42,827 nucleotides of DNA from Octopus sinensis (taxonomy: Eukaryota), in the NCBI RefSeq assembly GCF_006345805.1, contig NW_021834074.1, positions 1 to 42,827 on the forward strand, given 5' to 3'. The translations under genes and the position numbers were made by a program. Under the pieces are notes generated by a model that had not been told where the DNA came from, made no database searches, and worked only from the letters and a program-made list of their open reading frames with translations. Of this stretch, positions 21,546 through 34,417 are shown piece after piece (position 1 is the first letter of the stretch; the number at the start of each line of letters is the position of its first letter).

Positions 21546-22457
21546 ATAAAAAATAATATATATATACATATATATATATATATATGCGAGTGTATTTGTG
21601 AGAGTGTGTGTCTGTTGCATGTATGTGCGCGTGTGTGTATATATACACGTATCGAAACAACATGAAAATTTGCATCCATTTGTCGATATAAGTATTTGTC
21701 TCCTGTTAGAAAAGACACAAGGCGGTGCTCCAGCATGGCCACAGTCTAATACCTGAAAGAAGTTAAAGATATACGTATGGTTCCCCCACCACATATATAA
21801 TATATATGCATATATGCGTATGTACATATATATGCACACGCAAACACACGGACACAGATATAATATACATACATATATATATATATTTGCGTATATACAT
21901 ACATATACATGCACAAACACACAACGAACACATACATGCACACAAATGTAATATATATATATGCATACATGCGTATATACATACATATACACACACAAAC
22001 GCATAAAACACAAACACACACACACATATATATATATGCATATACACACGCACAACCGCCCAACGAACACATACATATACACACAGAGGCACCGCATATA
22101 AACACGTGTTGCAGCCAAGAGCAATAAATTACGCGGATAAGAAAAAGTGGAAATATAAGAAAACAGCGTATCTTGTTTTAACCCAGTGTTAATTCTATCT
22201 AATCTGGGTGGTAGATCACCAACCCTCAGCATTGTACTCATTGACACACGGATTACTGTGTGTGGGTATCATAATAAACATATTTATCTAGTAGAGACAC
22301 AGCAGGATGAAAAATATATAAGACTCCCCTTCAAGACCTCCATGATTGTTATGAGGATGGGTTTATGGTTGTCATTAACAAGGGAGCCCTGTTACGCTGG
22401 TTAGCTACAGTCTGGGCTCTAATAGAGATGCTTAAGATCCACACTATGACATTCCTG

Positions 22458-23010
22458 TACGAGGGTGAGTCAAAAAGTAATGCCATTTTGTTTAGGACAG
22501 GTATAATTACCAACACCGGAACATGTATCATACATCAAAATGAAGCTGGTCCCTGTGGATCACATACCTACTTCTCAACATAGTCACCGTTTCTCTCAAT
22601 AGCAATGTTTCACCTTCGAATGAGAGCATGTATCCCTGATCCATAAAATTCTGTTGACTGTTTTTTGAGCCACTTCTTCACTACAGTTTTCACTTTCTCG
22701 TCACTGGACTATCATCTCTTCGGCCCCATGAAAGAGTGTTTGAGAGGCCAACATTATTCCAGTGACGAGGAAGTGAAAACTGTAGTGTAAGAAGTGGCTC
22801 AAAGAACAGTTAACTGAATTTTACAGCGCAGGGATACATGCTCTCATTCGAAGGTGAAACATTGCTATTGAGAGAAACAGTGACTATGTTGAGAAGTAGG
22901 GATGTAATTTACAAAGGAACAGCTTCATTTTGAGGTATGATACATGTTCCTGTATTGGTAATTATACCTGTTCTAAACAAAATGACGTTACCTTTTGACT
23001 CACCCTCGTA
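22458..23010. mobile_element. palindromic mariner-derived MITE (250 bp arms, 51 bp spacer)
   Basis: TACGAGGGTGAGTCAAAA...TTTTGACTCACCCTCGTA. Arms 22458-22707 and 22759-23010 are inverted copies of a mariner 3' end encoding ..GIHALIRR*NIAIERN(G/S)DYVEK*. Confidence 0.92.
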
Positions 23011-23407
23011 GTATATAGCTTAAAACATGAATGGTTAGTCCTAGGGACATCAATACAGTTTTCATCTGCCAGACAACCGGCAGAGAGCATAGGTCGACAC
23101 GAGCCTGCACTGAGAGACACTCGAACGTAGTTTTGTGGAGCAGTGTTATAGAAAAATATAGAGCTGCGCAGGTTATGCTACATTATATATAGCATAATGG
23201 TATATTATATAATTGCACATCTCAGCCACATGCAAGGCCTTATCTACGTTTCCATATAAGATGTATACAATCGCGATATAGTTACACACAAACTCAGCGA
23301 GTGGCTCTTGTGCGTATGTAGCTACATGTGTCAATGTGAGTCTCTATATACGTAACACCGATCTACTGTCAGCAGAAGAGACGTATACACATGCATCGTT
23401 GCATATG

Positions 23408-23436
<29 letters not shown>

Positions 23437-23438
<2 letters not shown>

Positions 23439-23530
23439 TGGGGTCGATTTGTTCGACTAAAGGCGGTTCTCCATGCATGGCCGTAGTCACGCAGTCAAAT
23501 GACTGAAACAAGTGACAGAATAAAAGAATA
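23437..23530 (+). mobile_element. SINE family A 3' fragment
   Basis: CTGGGGTCGATTTGTTCGACTAAAGGCGGT...GCAGTCAAATGACTGAAACAAG. Confidence 0.7.
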
Positions 23531-23740
23531 TGTATTATACTGGCCGAAACCTATCATAGTATATATCTATCTATCAATATATATATACATACATTCCTAA
23601 ATACATGTACATGCACATATGATTGTGTGCGCATATATGTATATCTATGAACAAAAGCTCACACCCACATATGTGTATCTATGTATTTATACATAGATAC
23701 GTAGACACATGCTCTCACACGCATACATATGTATATATGG

Positions 23741-23772
<32 letters not shown>

Positions 23773-24051
23773 CTTATATATGAAGATATATGAAGATATA
23801 TACATATATATGCATATATATAAAAATATGCATATGTATATAAAGATATATATATATATATATAATACACAGATGTACTGACATATATGCCATCATACAT
23901 GTACATACATATATACATACACATATACGTATATGTTTCATATATATATATGTATATATATATAAATATATGTATACCATATTAATATATTCTTGCTATA
24001 AGTTTTTCTTTATCTTTACACGGTGCCCAAATAATACGTACATATACATAC

Positions 24052-24105
<54 letters not shown>

Positions 24106-24424
24106 AATATAGTATACATCTATATACATCTATATATATATATATGTATTTTTCGCGAGCGTGTGCGTGTGTGTGTGTATAGATAAAATGATGGTGATGA
24201 GTTTTCTGATGATCCTCATGATAATGATAATTGTGAAACGAACATTAATATCAAACTGGGACAGCAACCCCAGCAGACAATGAACGCCTTTGTGTCCATC
24301 GTTCATCGCCAATTGCGTTCTTCCATCTCCACTGTTAGTTTCTGTTCGTTCAAGCCAGATGACGACGACGACGGCGGCGGCGATGATTTAACCAGCGAGC
24401 AAATAATTTTCCCACGATAAACAT

Positions 24425-24837
24425 CTAAAAAACAACAACCGCCACCGCCACAACCATCACTGTCACCATATCGTTAACGACGACGACCACTACCATCGCC
24501 ACCACTAACATCGCCACCACTACCACCACCACCACCACCACCACCGCGGCCATCGCCACCACGATCATCGCCATCTCTACCATCGCCACCACGACCATCA
24601 CCACCTCAACCATCGCCACCACCACCACCATTGCCACCATCACCACCACCATTGCCACACCACCACCACCACCACCACCACCACCTTCATTGCTGCTGCT
24701 GCCGCTGCTACTACTACTACTTCAACTCCTACTGCTGCTGCTACTGCTACCTTCCACTCCCATCACGACTACTAGTAGAACTCACTCCACCTACTACTAC
24801 ACTACTACCTTCCGACTACTATTCGAACCCACTCTCT

Positions 24838-24874
<37 letters not shown>

Positions 24875-24968
24875 GCTACTACTACTGCTTCTACTACTAC
24901 TACTACTACTACTATTACTACTACTACTACTACTACTACTACTACAACTACTACTGCTGCTGCTGCTG

Positions 24969-25026
<58 letters not shown>

Positions 25027-25030
25027 CGCC
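24425..25030. repeat. compound trinucleotide microsatellite (CAC/CAT)n then (TAC/TGC)n
   Basis: Direct reading. It explains the poly-V/Y/L/H ORFs. Confidence 0.95.
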
Positions 25031-25527
25031 ACTGCGGCTGCAAAGCTCTATTCAGTCCTCGACCTTTCGAAAATAATTACAATTTTCATTGAAATCACAC
25101 ACCTCCGTCGTTAGAAAGTTAGGCTCCATTGGATAATATAACCCTACATGAATTTCGCTTAAGTTATAACAGGGTGGTCACGGCTGGAATGTCTTGTTAC
25201 TGTTTTCTGGGAGTTGATCTTGAATAACATTCTCCATTTTCGACCAACTTGAACCATCTTGCACTTTTGGCTTCTTCAGTTGAGTCCACTCTTTTGAAAG
25301 TACAATGATTTAAGCATATTTTACCCGAATAAAAGACATGGCTGGAAATAATCCTGGCACGGCGAGCAAGTGCTTTGCACTAAAGCCTCACACAGACTAA
25401 AGCCTTGTGAATGGATTTGATGAATGGAAATTGGAAGAAGCCCGTCGTTTATATACATGTACAGAGTTCCAAAATTCTGACGACTACATATATATATATA
25501 TATTATATATATATATATATATAATAT

Positions 25528-25574
<47 letters not shown>

Positions 25575-26770
25575 ATATATATATATATATATATATAATA
25601 TATATATTATATACATACGTATATATGAAAAAAATATCAAGGTAGAAAATACTAAAATAATTTTATAAAAAACTTTTCAGTACCGGTTTCAGTCATTGAG
25701 ACTTTTTCAACTCTAAGTATTGAAAACAATTAAATTTTGGAAAACGTTAAATAAAAGTAATTCAAAGGGCCGGCTTTGTCACATTCCGTATCACGCTGAA
25801 TCTCCCCGAAAACGGCGTCCCTGGCGGTGGTGGAAAGAGCCAGATGGACGTTGGAGAAAGGTAGGGGGATAATGGGAGTAACCATGTAAAAACAAAATCA
25901 TGGGTTAATTAGGTTAAGTTCTCTTTGTGAAATAGGGTCATTTTAAACTTGTTGCAGAAAGTGGTCAATGTTCATGGTGGTGGTAGTGATGGGGGCAGCA
26001 GCGTTGGAATGCGGCCCAGGTCCCAATAAGTCGGCAGCCTGAAAAAAGTTTCGGAACCACTGCTTTAGATTTTGTATCGGTTCTACTTTTATAGAGTTAA
26101 TAGACAACAGTTGTCTGCACGATGAAAAAAATAATAGGAAAAAAAATTAATTAAAAATTACCCCGTGATTGAGATGTGTAATTACACGAAAGCTGTAAGA
26201 GTAAGGTTAGAGATGGGCGTAAGCAGACACCTCCTGAGCAGATGAGTACAGGGTCATTCAAACAATGAACTCGCTAAGTGTCTTTTATAACACACAGGGC
26301 ACAATTATATTATTTATTTCTAAATATTGGCAGAGCCGTGGCTGTGTGGCTTGGCTAAGATTCTTCAAGGTGTTGCCTCAACATGGTCGCAGTCTAGTGA
26401 CTGAAACAAGTAAAAGATAAGATATATTTTGTATACTTTCAGTTCAATTGCCGGTTTAAACTTTACACATAAACATTTATTTTTGTGTACGTGTGTATAA
26501 TATTTGCTTTCGCGAAAAAGCGAAGGATTGTATCTGCAAGTGGTCCCATATGTACTTGCACAATTTGCGTGAAAATATGCAGCGTTAAGATTAATTTCGC
26601 ACAAATTATGTATCTTAATCGTCATTTGCTCGGTGAACAGCGAAAATCGATACTAAGTCTTTCATATTTATTCTTAATACATTCCGACAGATTCGAACGT
26701 GAGTATGTTAATCGATGTTGCATTTGGTCACAGCATAACATTTTCTCAAAAAATGCGTGTACATAATATA

Positions 26771-27343
26771 TATTTCTTTATTGCCCACAAAGAGCTAAAC
26801 ACAGAGGGGACAAACAAGGACAGACAAAGGGATTAAGTCGATTACATCGACCCAGTGCGAAACTGGTACTTTACTTATCGATCCAGAAAGGATGAAAGGC
26901 AAAGTCGACCTCGGTGGAATTTGAACTCAGAATGTAAAGACAGACGAAATACCTATTTCTTTACTACCCACAAGGGGCTAAACACAGAGGGGACAAACAA
27001 GGACAGACAAGCGGATTAAGTCGATTATATCGACCCTAGTGCGTAGCTGGTACTTAATTTATCGACCCCGAAAGGATGAAAGGCAAAGTCGACCTCGGCG
27101 GACTTTGAACTCAGAACGTAACGACAGACGAAATACCTATTTCTATTTCTTTATTACCCACAAGGGGCTAAACACAGAGAGGACAAACAATGACAGACAT
27201 ATGTATTAAGTCGATTATATCGACCCCGAAAGGATGAAACACAAAGTCGACTTCGGCGGAATTTGAACTCAGAACGTAACGGCAGACGAAATACCGCTAA
27301 GCATTTCGCCCGGCGTGCTAACGTGTCTGCCAACTTGCCGCCT
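26771..27343 (-). mobile_element. SINE family B composite, 3 core modules
   Basis: AAAGTCGAC(C/T)TCGG recurs near 26901, 27086 and 27244. The head (reverse complement of GGCGGCAAGTTGGCAGA) lies at about 27327-27343. Confidence 0.85.
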
Positions 27344-28631
27344 TGTGTTCATAATATACTTGATTCATTGGTACAAAGGATTCTAGCGTAGCCTGAATTT
27401 CGACGCTGTTATTGCTCGTCAGCTTGAGACACCTCCGGAGTAATGAATCTAACAAGAGGCGATACTCTTGTTTACAGCTTCAGCGAACAAGCTGTTCACA
27501 GATCCGTGCTGATATCTACTAACCGATAATAAATCTTTATATACACGAAAAACAACGAAAATCAAAACAATGACATTTATATTTATTCATAATAGTAAAT
27601 AATAAATAACGTTCTGAATATACGAAGATTAACAGAGAAATGTTAAATCTCTCTAAAATGACATTATAAAAAGTGCAACGAATCAACAAAGTTATAGATT
27701 GTAATATCAGTTGTGGAATGGTTTACTGGTCATAATAGGAAATACTTTTCCAACACAAGTACAAAGATAATGAGAAACAATTCCCAAATCAAATTTCATA
27801 CAGACTGACTTTATCTCAAACGAAAATAACGTGAAAGACGTTTAAGATAATTCTAGAAGGATTTTGTGTCGTGTATCACAGTGTCACTAAGATATTCTGT
27901 GATGTGGAATTAGACCAGAAATGTATATATGAAATATTTTCATTGATGAGTGACGTGATATAAAAGACGTTTTAAGTGAAAGTCTAATGACGGCTTATCT
28001 AGCATATCTGCGCACATCTAAAGAAAATTCACACTGCATATCAAGCGAAGAAGGATTAGGAATAACTTATCTGCAAGTTGGATAATGGCGTCTAAATAGA
28101 TAGAATAGACAAGGAAAGAAGCTTATACTAAATGGATGAACGTTGTATTACTTAACGTTTTGATATGAAATTATTGATGTACCTTGGCAATAAAAGAAGA
28201 GCACGAGATGGCAACTCAATATCATTTAAACAAGTGAGATAGGGATTCATCTAGAAGCTGTAATAAAATATGTCAAAATGTTGTGGAGGGTTTGATAACA
28301 CAACAAGAATGATCTGGTTAACAAGGCGTGTTAGGTAACTAACCAACTAATGACAGGAAAAAACTGTCTAATGAGAACTAACGTTATATAAAATCATATT
28401 CTTTTGAATAATACTGTTATAGAAAGGAGGAGATATAAACCCACGACTATGTTAAAAAGTTTAAGGTTTTGTAGAACGCCTGATATTTTAGGGAGACGAT
28501 GCATTTATGTGAGAATGTTACGTAAATAGGAACTAATAAGAAAACATTTATTGAGAACTAACCCTCTATAAAATTATAATCTGTTGGATGGTAGAATTGA
28601 CAATATATAACGTTATATAATATTATATTAC

Positions 28632-30084
28632 GACGGCGAGGTGGCAGAACTGTTAGCACGCCGGGCGAATTACGTAGCTGTATTTCGTCTGCCGTTACGT
28701 TGTGAGTTCAAATTCCGCCTAAGTCGACTTTGCCTTTCATCCTTTCGAGGTCGATAAATTAAGTGCCAGTTACGCACTGGGGTCGATGTAATCAACTTAA
28801 TCTGTGTGTCTGTCTTCGTTTGTCCCCTCTGTGTTTAGCCCCTTGTGGGTAGTAACGAAATAAGTATTTTCCACATCGCTACGTTCTGAGTTCAAATTCC
28901 GCCGAGGTCGACTTTGCCTTTCATCCTTTCCGGGTCGATAAATTAAGTACCAGTTGTGTACTGGAGTCGATCTAATCGACTGTCACCCTCCCTTAAAATT
29001 TCGGGCTTTGTGCCTAGAGTAGAAAAGAATATTATATTAAGGCGGCAAGCTGGCGGAATCGTTAGTACGCCGGAGGAAATACTTAGCTACATTCTGAGTT
29101 CAAATTCCGGCGAGGTCGACTTTGCCTTTCATCCTATCCGGGTCGATAAATTCAGTATCAGTTACGCACTGGGGTCGATGTAATCGACTTAATCCGTTTG
29201 TCTGTCCTTGTTTGTCCTCTCTGTGTTTAGCCCCTTGTGGGTAGTAAAGCAATAAGTATTTTGTCTATCTTTACGTTCTGAGATCAAATTCCGCCGGGGT
29301 CGACTTTGCCCTTCATCCTTTCCGGGTTGATAAATTAAGTACCAGTTGCGTACTGAGGTCGATCTAATGGACTGTCGCCCTCACCCAAAATTTTGAGCCT
29401 TGTGCCTAGAGTAGAAAAGAATATTATATTAAGGCGGCGAGCTGGTGGAATCGTTAGTGCGCCGGAGGAAATGCTCAGCTGCGTTCTGAGTTCAATTTCC
29501 GCCGAGGTCGACTTTACCTTTCATCCTATCCGGGTCGATAAATTCAGTACCAGTTAAATAGTGGGGTCGATGTGATCGACTTACTCCTTCCTCCAAAATT
29601 TAAGGCCTTGCGCTTACAGTAGAAAGTTTTTTCAATATTATATTCAACAGAAATACACCGAGCTGGCAGAATCGTTAGCACGCCGGGCGAAATGCGTAAC
29701 CGTATTTCGTCTGCCGTTACGTTCTAGGTTCAAATTCCGCCAAGGTCGACTTTACCTTTCATCCTTTCGGGATCGATAAATTCAGTACCAGTTACGCACT
29801 GGAGTCGATGTAATCGACTTAATCCCTTTGCCTGTTCTTGTTTGTCCCCTCTATGTTTAACCTCTTGTGGGCAATAAAGAAATACGAAACGTTAGCATGC
29901 CGGGGAAATACTCAGCGGTATTTCGTCTGTTATTGCGTTCTGAGTTCAAATTCAGCCGAGGTCGACTTTGCCTTTCATCCTTTCGGGTTCGATAAATTAA
30001 GTAACAGTTGCGTACTGGAGTCGATCTAATCGACTGGTCCCATCACCCAAAATTTCGGGCCTTGTGCCTAGAGTAGAAAAGAAT
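28632..30084 (+). mobile_element. head-to-tail cluster of SINE family B, 7 core modules
   Basis: GTCGACTTT(G/A)CC(T/C)TTCATCC near 28723, 28907, 29115, 29299, 29507, 29745 and 29963, with largely alternating tail types. Confidence 0.9.
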
Positions 30085-30166
30085 CTACCTGATGAGCACT
30101 GGGGTGAAATTAATTGACTTCCCCGCTACATTAAAATTGGTTGCCATGCGTCAGCATTTGAAACCG

Positions 30167-30552
30167 TTTTTTTATTTTTATTTTTATTTTATCTAGTTTC
30201 AGCTCACGAGCTGTGGCCATGCTGGGGCACCGCCATTTGGTGTTGCTACATGATTTTACTTCACGAATGCTTTTTAGCAACTGCCATTTGGTGCATGAGA
30301 GAGTTCGATGCAGCTGCCCTCCATCTGCACCTCCTGCCGTGAAGTTGGTTCATCCGGGACACCTGAAGGGAGAGACGATCCAGTCCTACCTTTAAAGACA
30401 TCAGCATCCACCCCATGCAGGTCCCTCAGGTTCTTCGGGAGGATATTGAAGAGCTGTGGGCCTCTGAAGCCCAGGCTATCACAGAATCTCGTCCTACATC
30501 TTGATGGCAAATTTGGAGTCCTTGGCACCACGCAGTGGCGCCCAGTTCTGGC
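30167..30552 (-). mobile_element. 5'-truncated copy of the 3' end of the CR1/L2-group LINE at 32031-35002
   Basis: Colinear with about 32051-32408 (e.g. GAGAGTTCGATGCAGCTGCCC and GGTTCTTCGGGAGGATATTGAAGAGCTGTGGG), with a (TTTTTA)n tail. Confidence 0.9.
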
Positions 30553-31007
30553 GCCCGTTATTATTTTTATTCTTGCTGTTTTTGTTGTTTAAACTTTCGT
30601 TTTGCATTACAAAATCCCGTTAATTCCTACCCTGATGTCAGCTTTCTCACTCTTCTGCTTCCAGACATTGATTCTTTTAAACTTTCGCCATTTTCCAAAC
30701 TTAATCCTCTCTTATCGCTTCATATTTCCTCACTCCCACCCCAATCGGTTTTTTTCACTGCTTAATATTTCCGACTCCTCAACATACCACTTTCTTACTC
30801 TTTCTCCTTCCTCTCTTTCAATCTGTTTGTATATGAATTTTTCAATTGATATATATATATATATAAACATGAATCCATACGTGCACACACATGCACATAA
30901 ATAGATATCTATATACAAGCTTATGATTCTCTACATAACTGTCTACTTACTTCTATTATTTGTTCACATACATTCACCACTCCCCCCTCTCTCTCTCTCT
31001 CTATAAA

Positions 31008-31048
<41 letters not shown>

Positions 31049-31115
31049 GCCCACCTGCCTATCTATCTGTCTGTCCCTCGGACTCCCTGTCTGTCTTGCT
31101 GCTTTTCTATCAAAC

Positions 31116-31157
31116 TATCTATCTATCTATCCCATCCATCGATCCATCTATCTATCG

Positions 31158-31241
<84 letters not shown>
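31116..31241. repeat. (TATC)n microsatellite
   Basis: Direct reading. It is the 5' flank of the first Tx1-like copy. Confidence 0.95.
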
Positions 31242-32030
31242 GAGGTACGACGACGAGCTCGGGGCGAACCTGGACGTCGACGAGGAGTACCTGACCCGCC
31301 TGTTCAGGACGACTTTCGGGCCAGGGCCCATGGACAACTTCCAGAGATCCCTGGCCTGGCAGTGCTACCGAGAAGCGCTACCCGTTCGGGATAAGCTCTA
31401 CAGACACGGCTCGAGAAACACGGGGCCGACCTGCCCGAGATGCGGTCAGAGCGACGAAACGGTTCTGCACGCACTCGTGCAGTGTCCAACAATTTCCGAC
31501 CTGTGGGCTTATGTCGAACAACTGCTGTCACGTGTGGGACGAGTCGGTTTTCAGCTGAGTCTATCGTTAATATTGTCACGCCTCCCTCCTTCAAACGGGA
31601 AGGAAGAGCTATTTCATCATCCTTGTGGCTATGGCGAAAGAATGTATCTGGTGGACGCGTCTGAAAGGATTGGAGACAAACACTTCCTCTCTGGTCAATC
31701 TCTCATCAACTTCTTCAAGTACCACTTGAAAAGGAAAGTGAGAGTAGAGAGGCAAGTTTTGTCTAGCGAATGTTTTAAAAAGATGGGTGAATGTAGCAAG
31801 AATGGCACGTATGAATGACGAGCCACCTTGAGCATGATCCTATGAACCCAGAAATTGAAAACAGAGAGTTGCTTATTTGCAAAAAAAAAAAAAAAGAAAT
31901 ATAACATGTGACTCCATTGACCGAGGTTACCGTGGTCTTTTCGTAGGCTTTTCTTTCCACGGGGGTAAACTCACCTGTCCTCCCCTTTACACTTCATATT
32001 GACATTTCTGTGATAACGATCCCTATTGAT
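31242..32030 (+). mobile_element. Tx1/L1-like LINE 3' end, copy 1, part a (interrupted by a CR1/L2-group LINE)
   Basis: Peptide AWQCYREALPVRDKL...TCPRCGQSDETVLHALVQC contains a zf-RVT-type CCHC knuckle typical of L1/Tx1 ORF2 C-termini, followed by 3' UTR up to CCCTATTGAT. Confidence 0.75.
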
Positions 32031-32511
32031 TGATTGATTGATTGATTGATTCTAGTTTCAGCTTATGAGCTGTAGCCATGCTGGGGCACCGCCATTTGGT
32101 GTTGCTACTTGTTTGTTTCACTTCATGGAGGCTTCTAGCAACTGCTATTTGGGCATGAGAGAGTTCGATGCAGCTGCCCTCATCTGCCCCTCCTGCCGTG
32201 AAGTTGGTTCATCTGGGACACCTGACAGGAAGAGATCCAGCTTCATTTTTAAAGACATCTGTATCCACCCCATGCAGGTCTCTCAGGTTCTTCGGGAGGA
32301 TATTGAAGAGCTGTGGGCCCGGAAGCCCAGGCTATCACAGAATCTTGTCCTACATCTTGATGGCAGGTTTGGAGTCCTAGGCACCACGCAGTGGCGCCCA
32401 GTTCTGGCATTTGCGTAACTCTCGATGCCAAAGTTCAGGACACTTCCCTCCAGGATCTTCCAGATGTATATTATGGTATATCTTTCCGCCTACGCTCCAG
32501 GGAATATAATT

Positions 32512-33667
32512 TTAATCTCTTGAGTCTTCCCAGTAGCTTACATTCTGCATAGAGGCTATCTTCTTTGTGTAGCTTCGTTGGGTCGCCTCAAGTTCTGTGA
32601 TCAACTTGACACTGGATGGTGACCATAGCTGAGAGCAATAGTCAAAGTGGCTTAGGACAAGTGTCTTCCAGAGGACCATCATGGTTTCTTGTTCTCTTGT
32701 TCTAAAGGTTCTAAGAATCCATCCAGCCAGCCGTCTACATTTCAGTGTCGCGTCATCACTCATGTGAATACCCAGGTCACGCACTGATTGTGCCTCTGGG
32801 ATTGCAATCCCTCCGGGTCCAGTGTATTCATTGGGTATTGCATTCAGTTTTGCATGCTGATAGTATAAAGCTTGAAACTTTCCAGCATTGAACTGCATGC
32901 TATTCTTTTCAGCCCACTTGTATATTTCGTCCAGCTCACATTGCAGGTGTTTAGTGTCCTCAGGGTTCTGTATTGCCTGTGAAACTTTTGTATCATCTGC
33001 ATAACTTGTGATCGTGGCTCTCTGCGTGGCTGAGGGCATGTCTGAGAGGGCCATTATGAACAGTAGTGGTCCCAGAACAGTGCCCTGCGGAACACCGCTC
33101 ACTATTTGTGTGTTAATGGAGGTGGCCCCATTGGCTACTACCACCTGACTTCTATCCTTCAGAAAGTCATGAAGCCATTCTCCAGTTTTCCAACTATGTT
33201 GAGATCACGCAGTTTGTGACATATCATTCCATGATCGACTTTATCAAAGGCCTTTGCAAAGTCGAGATATATCACTTCCACATTTGAGTGGTTGAGCAGC
33301 CGTTTCAGCACCCAGTCATAGTGTTGTAGGAGCTGAGGTTAAACAGCTTCTCCCTGGTCGGAAACCATGTTGGGTGTCGGGCAGCAAGTCATTCTTCAAG
33401 GAAGGTGATCAGCTTCCTTCTGACTATTCGTTCCATGACCTTGCTGATGTGTGAGGTCAGAGAGATAGGTCTATAGTTCTTGGCTTCCGCTCTGCTACCT
33501 CCTTTATGAATGGGGCATATTTTACCTTCCTTCAGTTTTCCTGGAAGTTTGCCAGCTGCAAGGAAGCTCTGAAAGAGGAACTGCAGTGGTCTTGCTAGGA
33601 CTCTCTTACATGCTTTTAGGAGGATTGCCGGGAATCCATCGGGGCCAGTAGCTGAGTCTGTTTTCAT
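32512..33667 (-). pseudogene. LINE ORF2 reverse transcriptase domain (frameshifted)
   Basis: GPDGFP..NYRPISLTSHISKVMER (33389-33667), QHGFRPGRSC..YLDFAKAFDKVDH (about 33150-33375, read by hand), and SGVPQGTVLGP..YADDT (32512-33144). Confidence 0.92.
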
Positions 33668-34417
33668 TTCATCTATAGCCTTGGTTACATCTTCTTCCTT
33701 TATATCGATGTAATCTATCGTCGCCGCCTCTGATTTTATATCTGCAGTGTTAAAAAGTCAGTTGGATTGGTGATTTGGAGATGCCCAAGGGGTGGAGTGA
33801 AAACACTCTTGAATTGCTCATTCAGTATTTCACTTACCCTCATTGGTTTTCCTGTAAGTGTGCCATCCTTTTCGAGGAGTGGCCCTATTCTACAGTGCAC
33901 TGTAGCTGTTTCTTTGGCATACCTGTAGAAAGCTCTGGGGTTAGATTTTATGTTTTCTATAGCCCAGGCTTCTCTGTCTGCTCTTTCTTTTTCATGGGAG
34001 AGTTGCAGACATTTTTCGATTTCCAACAGTTTTATTTTAGGCGGGACTTTTCACTGCTTTCAATCTGTTTGTTTAGGCGATTTGAAAATTTCGTACGCCG
34101 TCTCATTAAAATTTTCCTCTCTCTGGGGATTTTGTTCTTGTGTACAGTGGCCTTTCTCTCTGGGACACATTTGTAGCATATGGCTTGCATTACAGACATG
34201 AATTGTTGAAGTTTCACGTCGATGTCTGGCGAGGAGAGACATTTAGGCCAGTTTTGTTTGAGGATCTCTTTCTCAATTTGTTTCCAGTTTGCCTTATGGT
34301 AGTTCAAGCTGGAAAGATTTTGAGGGTTTCTTGTAGGCTGCATGTCCGTGCTCTCTTTTGGCCCGTACATGGTCAGCTCTATCATGTTGTGATCCGAGAG
34401 TAGTGTCGGTGTCACTT

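Noticed and set aside
21360-22247. Longest ORF in the track (295 aa, minus strand)
   Set aside because: It runs through TA/TG microsatellites and two SINE A fragments, with no recognisable domain.
25215-25285. Minus-strand CTGAAGA..TTGGTCGAAA motif, also an open stretch that could be an exon
   Set aside because: Stems I and III are weak, and the splice signals and peptide are not distinctive.
25679-25713. Minus-strand TTGAAAA-AGTC..GACT-GAAAC-CG-GTA hammerhead-like motif
   Set aside because: C3 and G8 of the core are substituted and stem I is only 2 bp. A possible relic but not supportable.
26020-26066. Possible hAT-like terminus (reverse complement CAGTGGTTCCGAAACTTTTTT)
   Set aside because: No matching partner end or TSD was found nearby.
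27385-27428. Minus-strand CTGACGA...GAAA
   Set aside because: Stems I, II and III do not pair, so this is a chance core match.
30087-30112. CCTGATGAGCACTGGGGTGAAA
   Set aside because: It matches the degenerate SINE B segment (..GAGCACTGGGGTCGA..), and no stem III or cleavage triplet follows.
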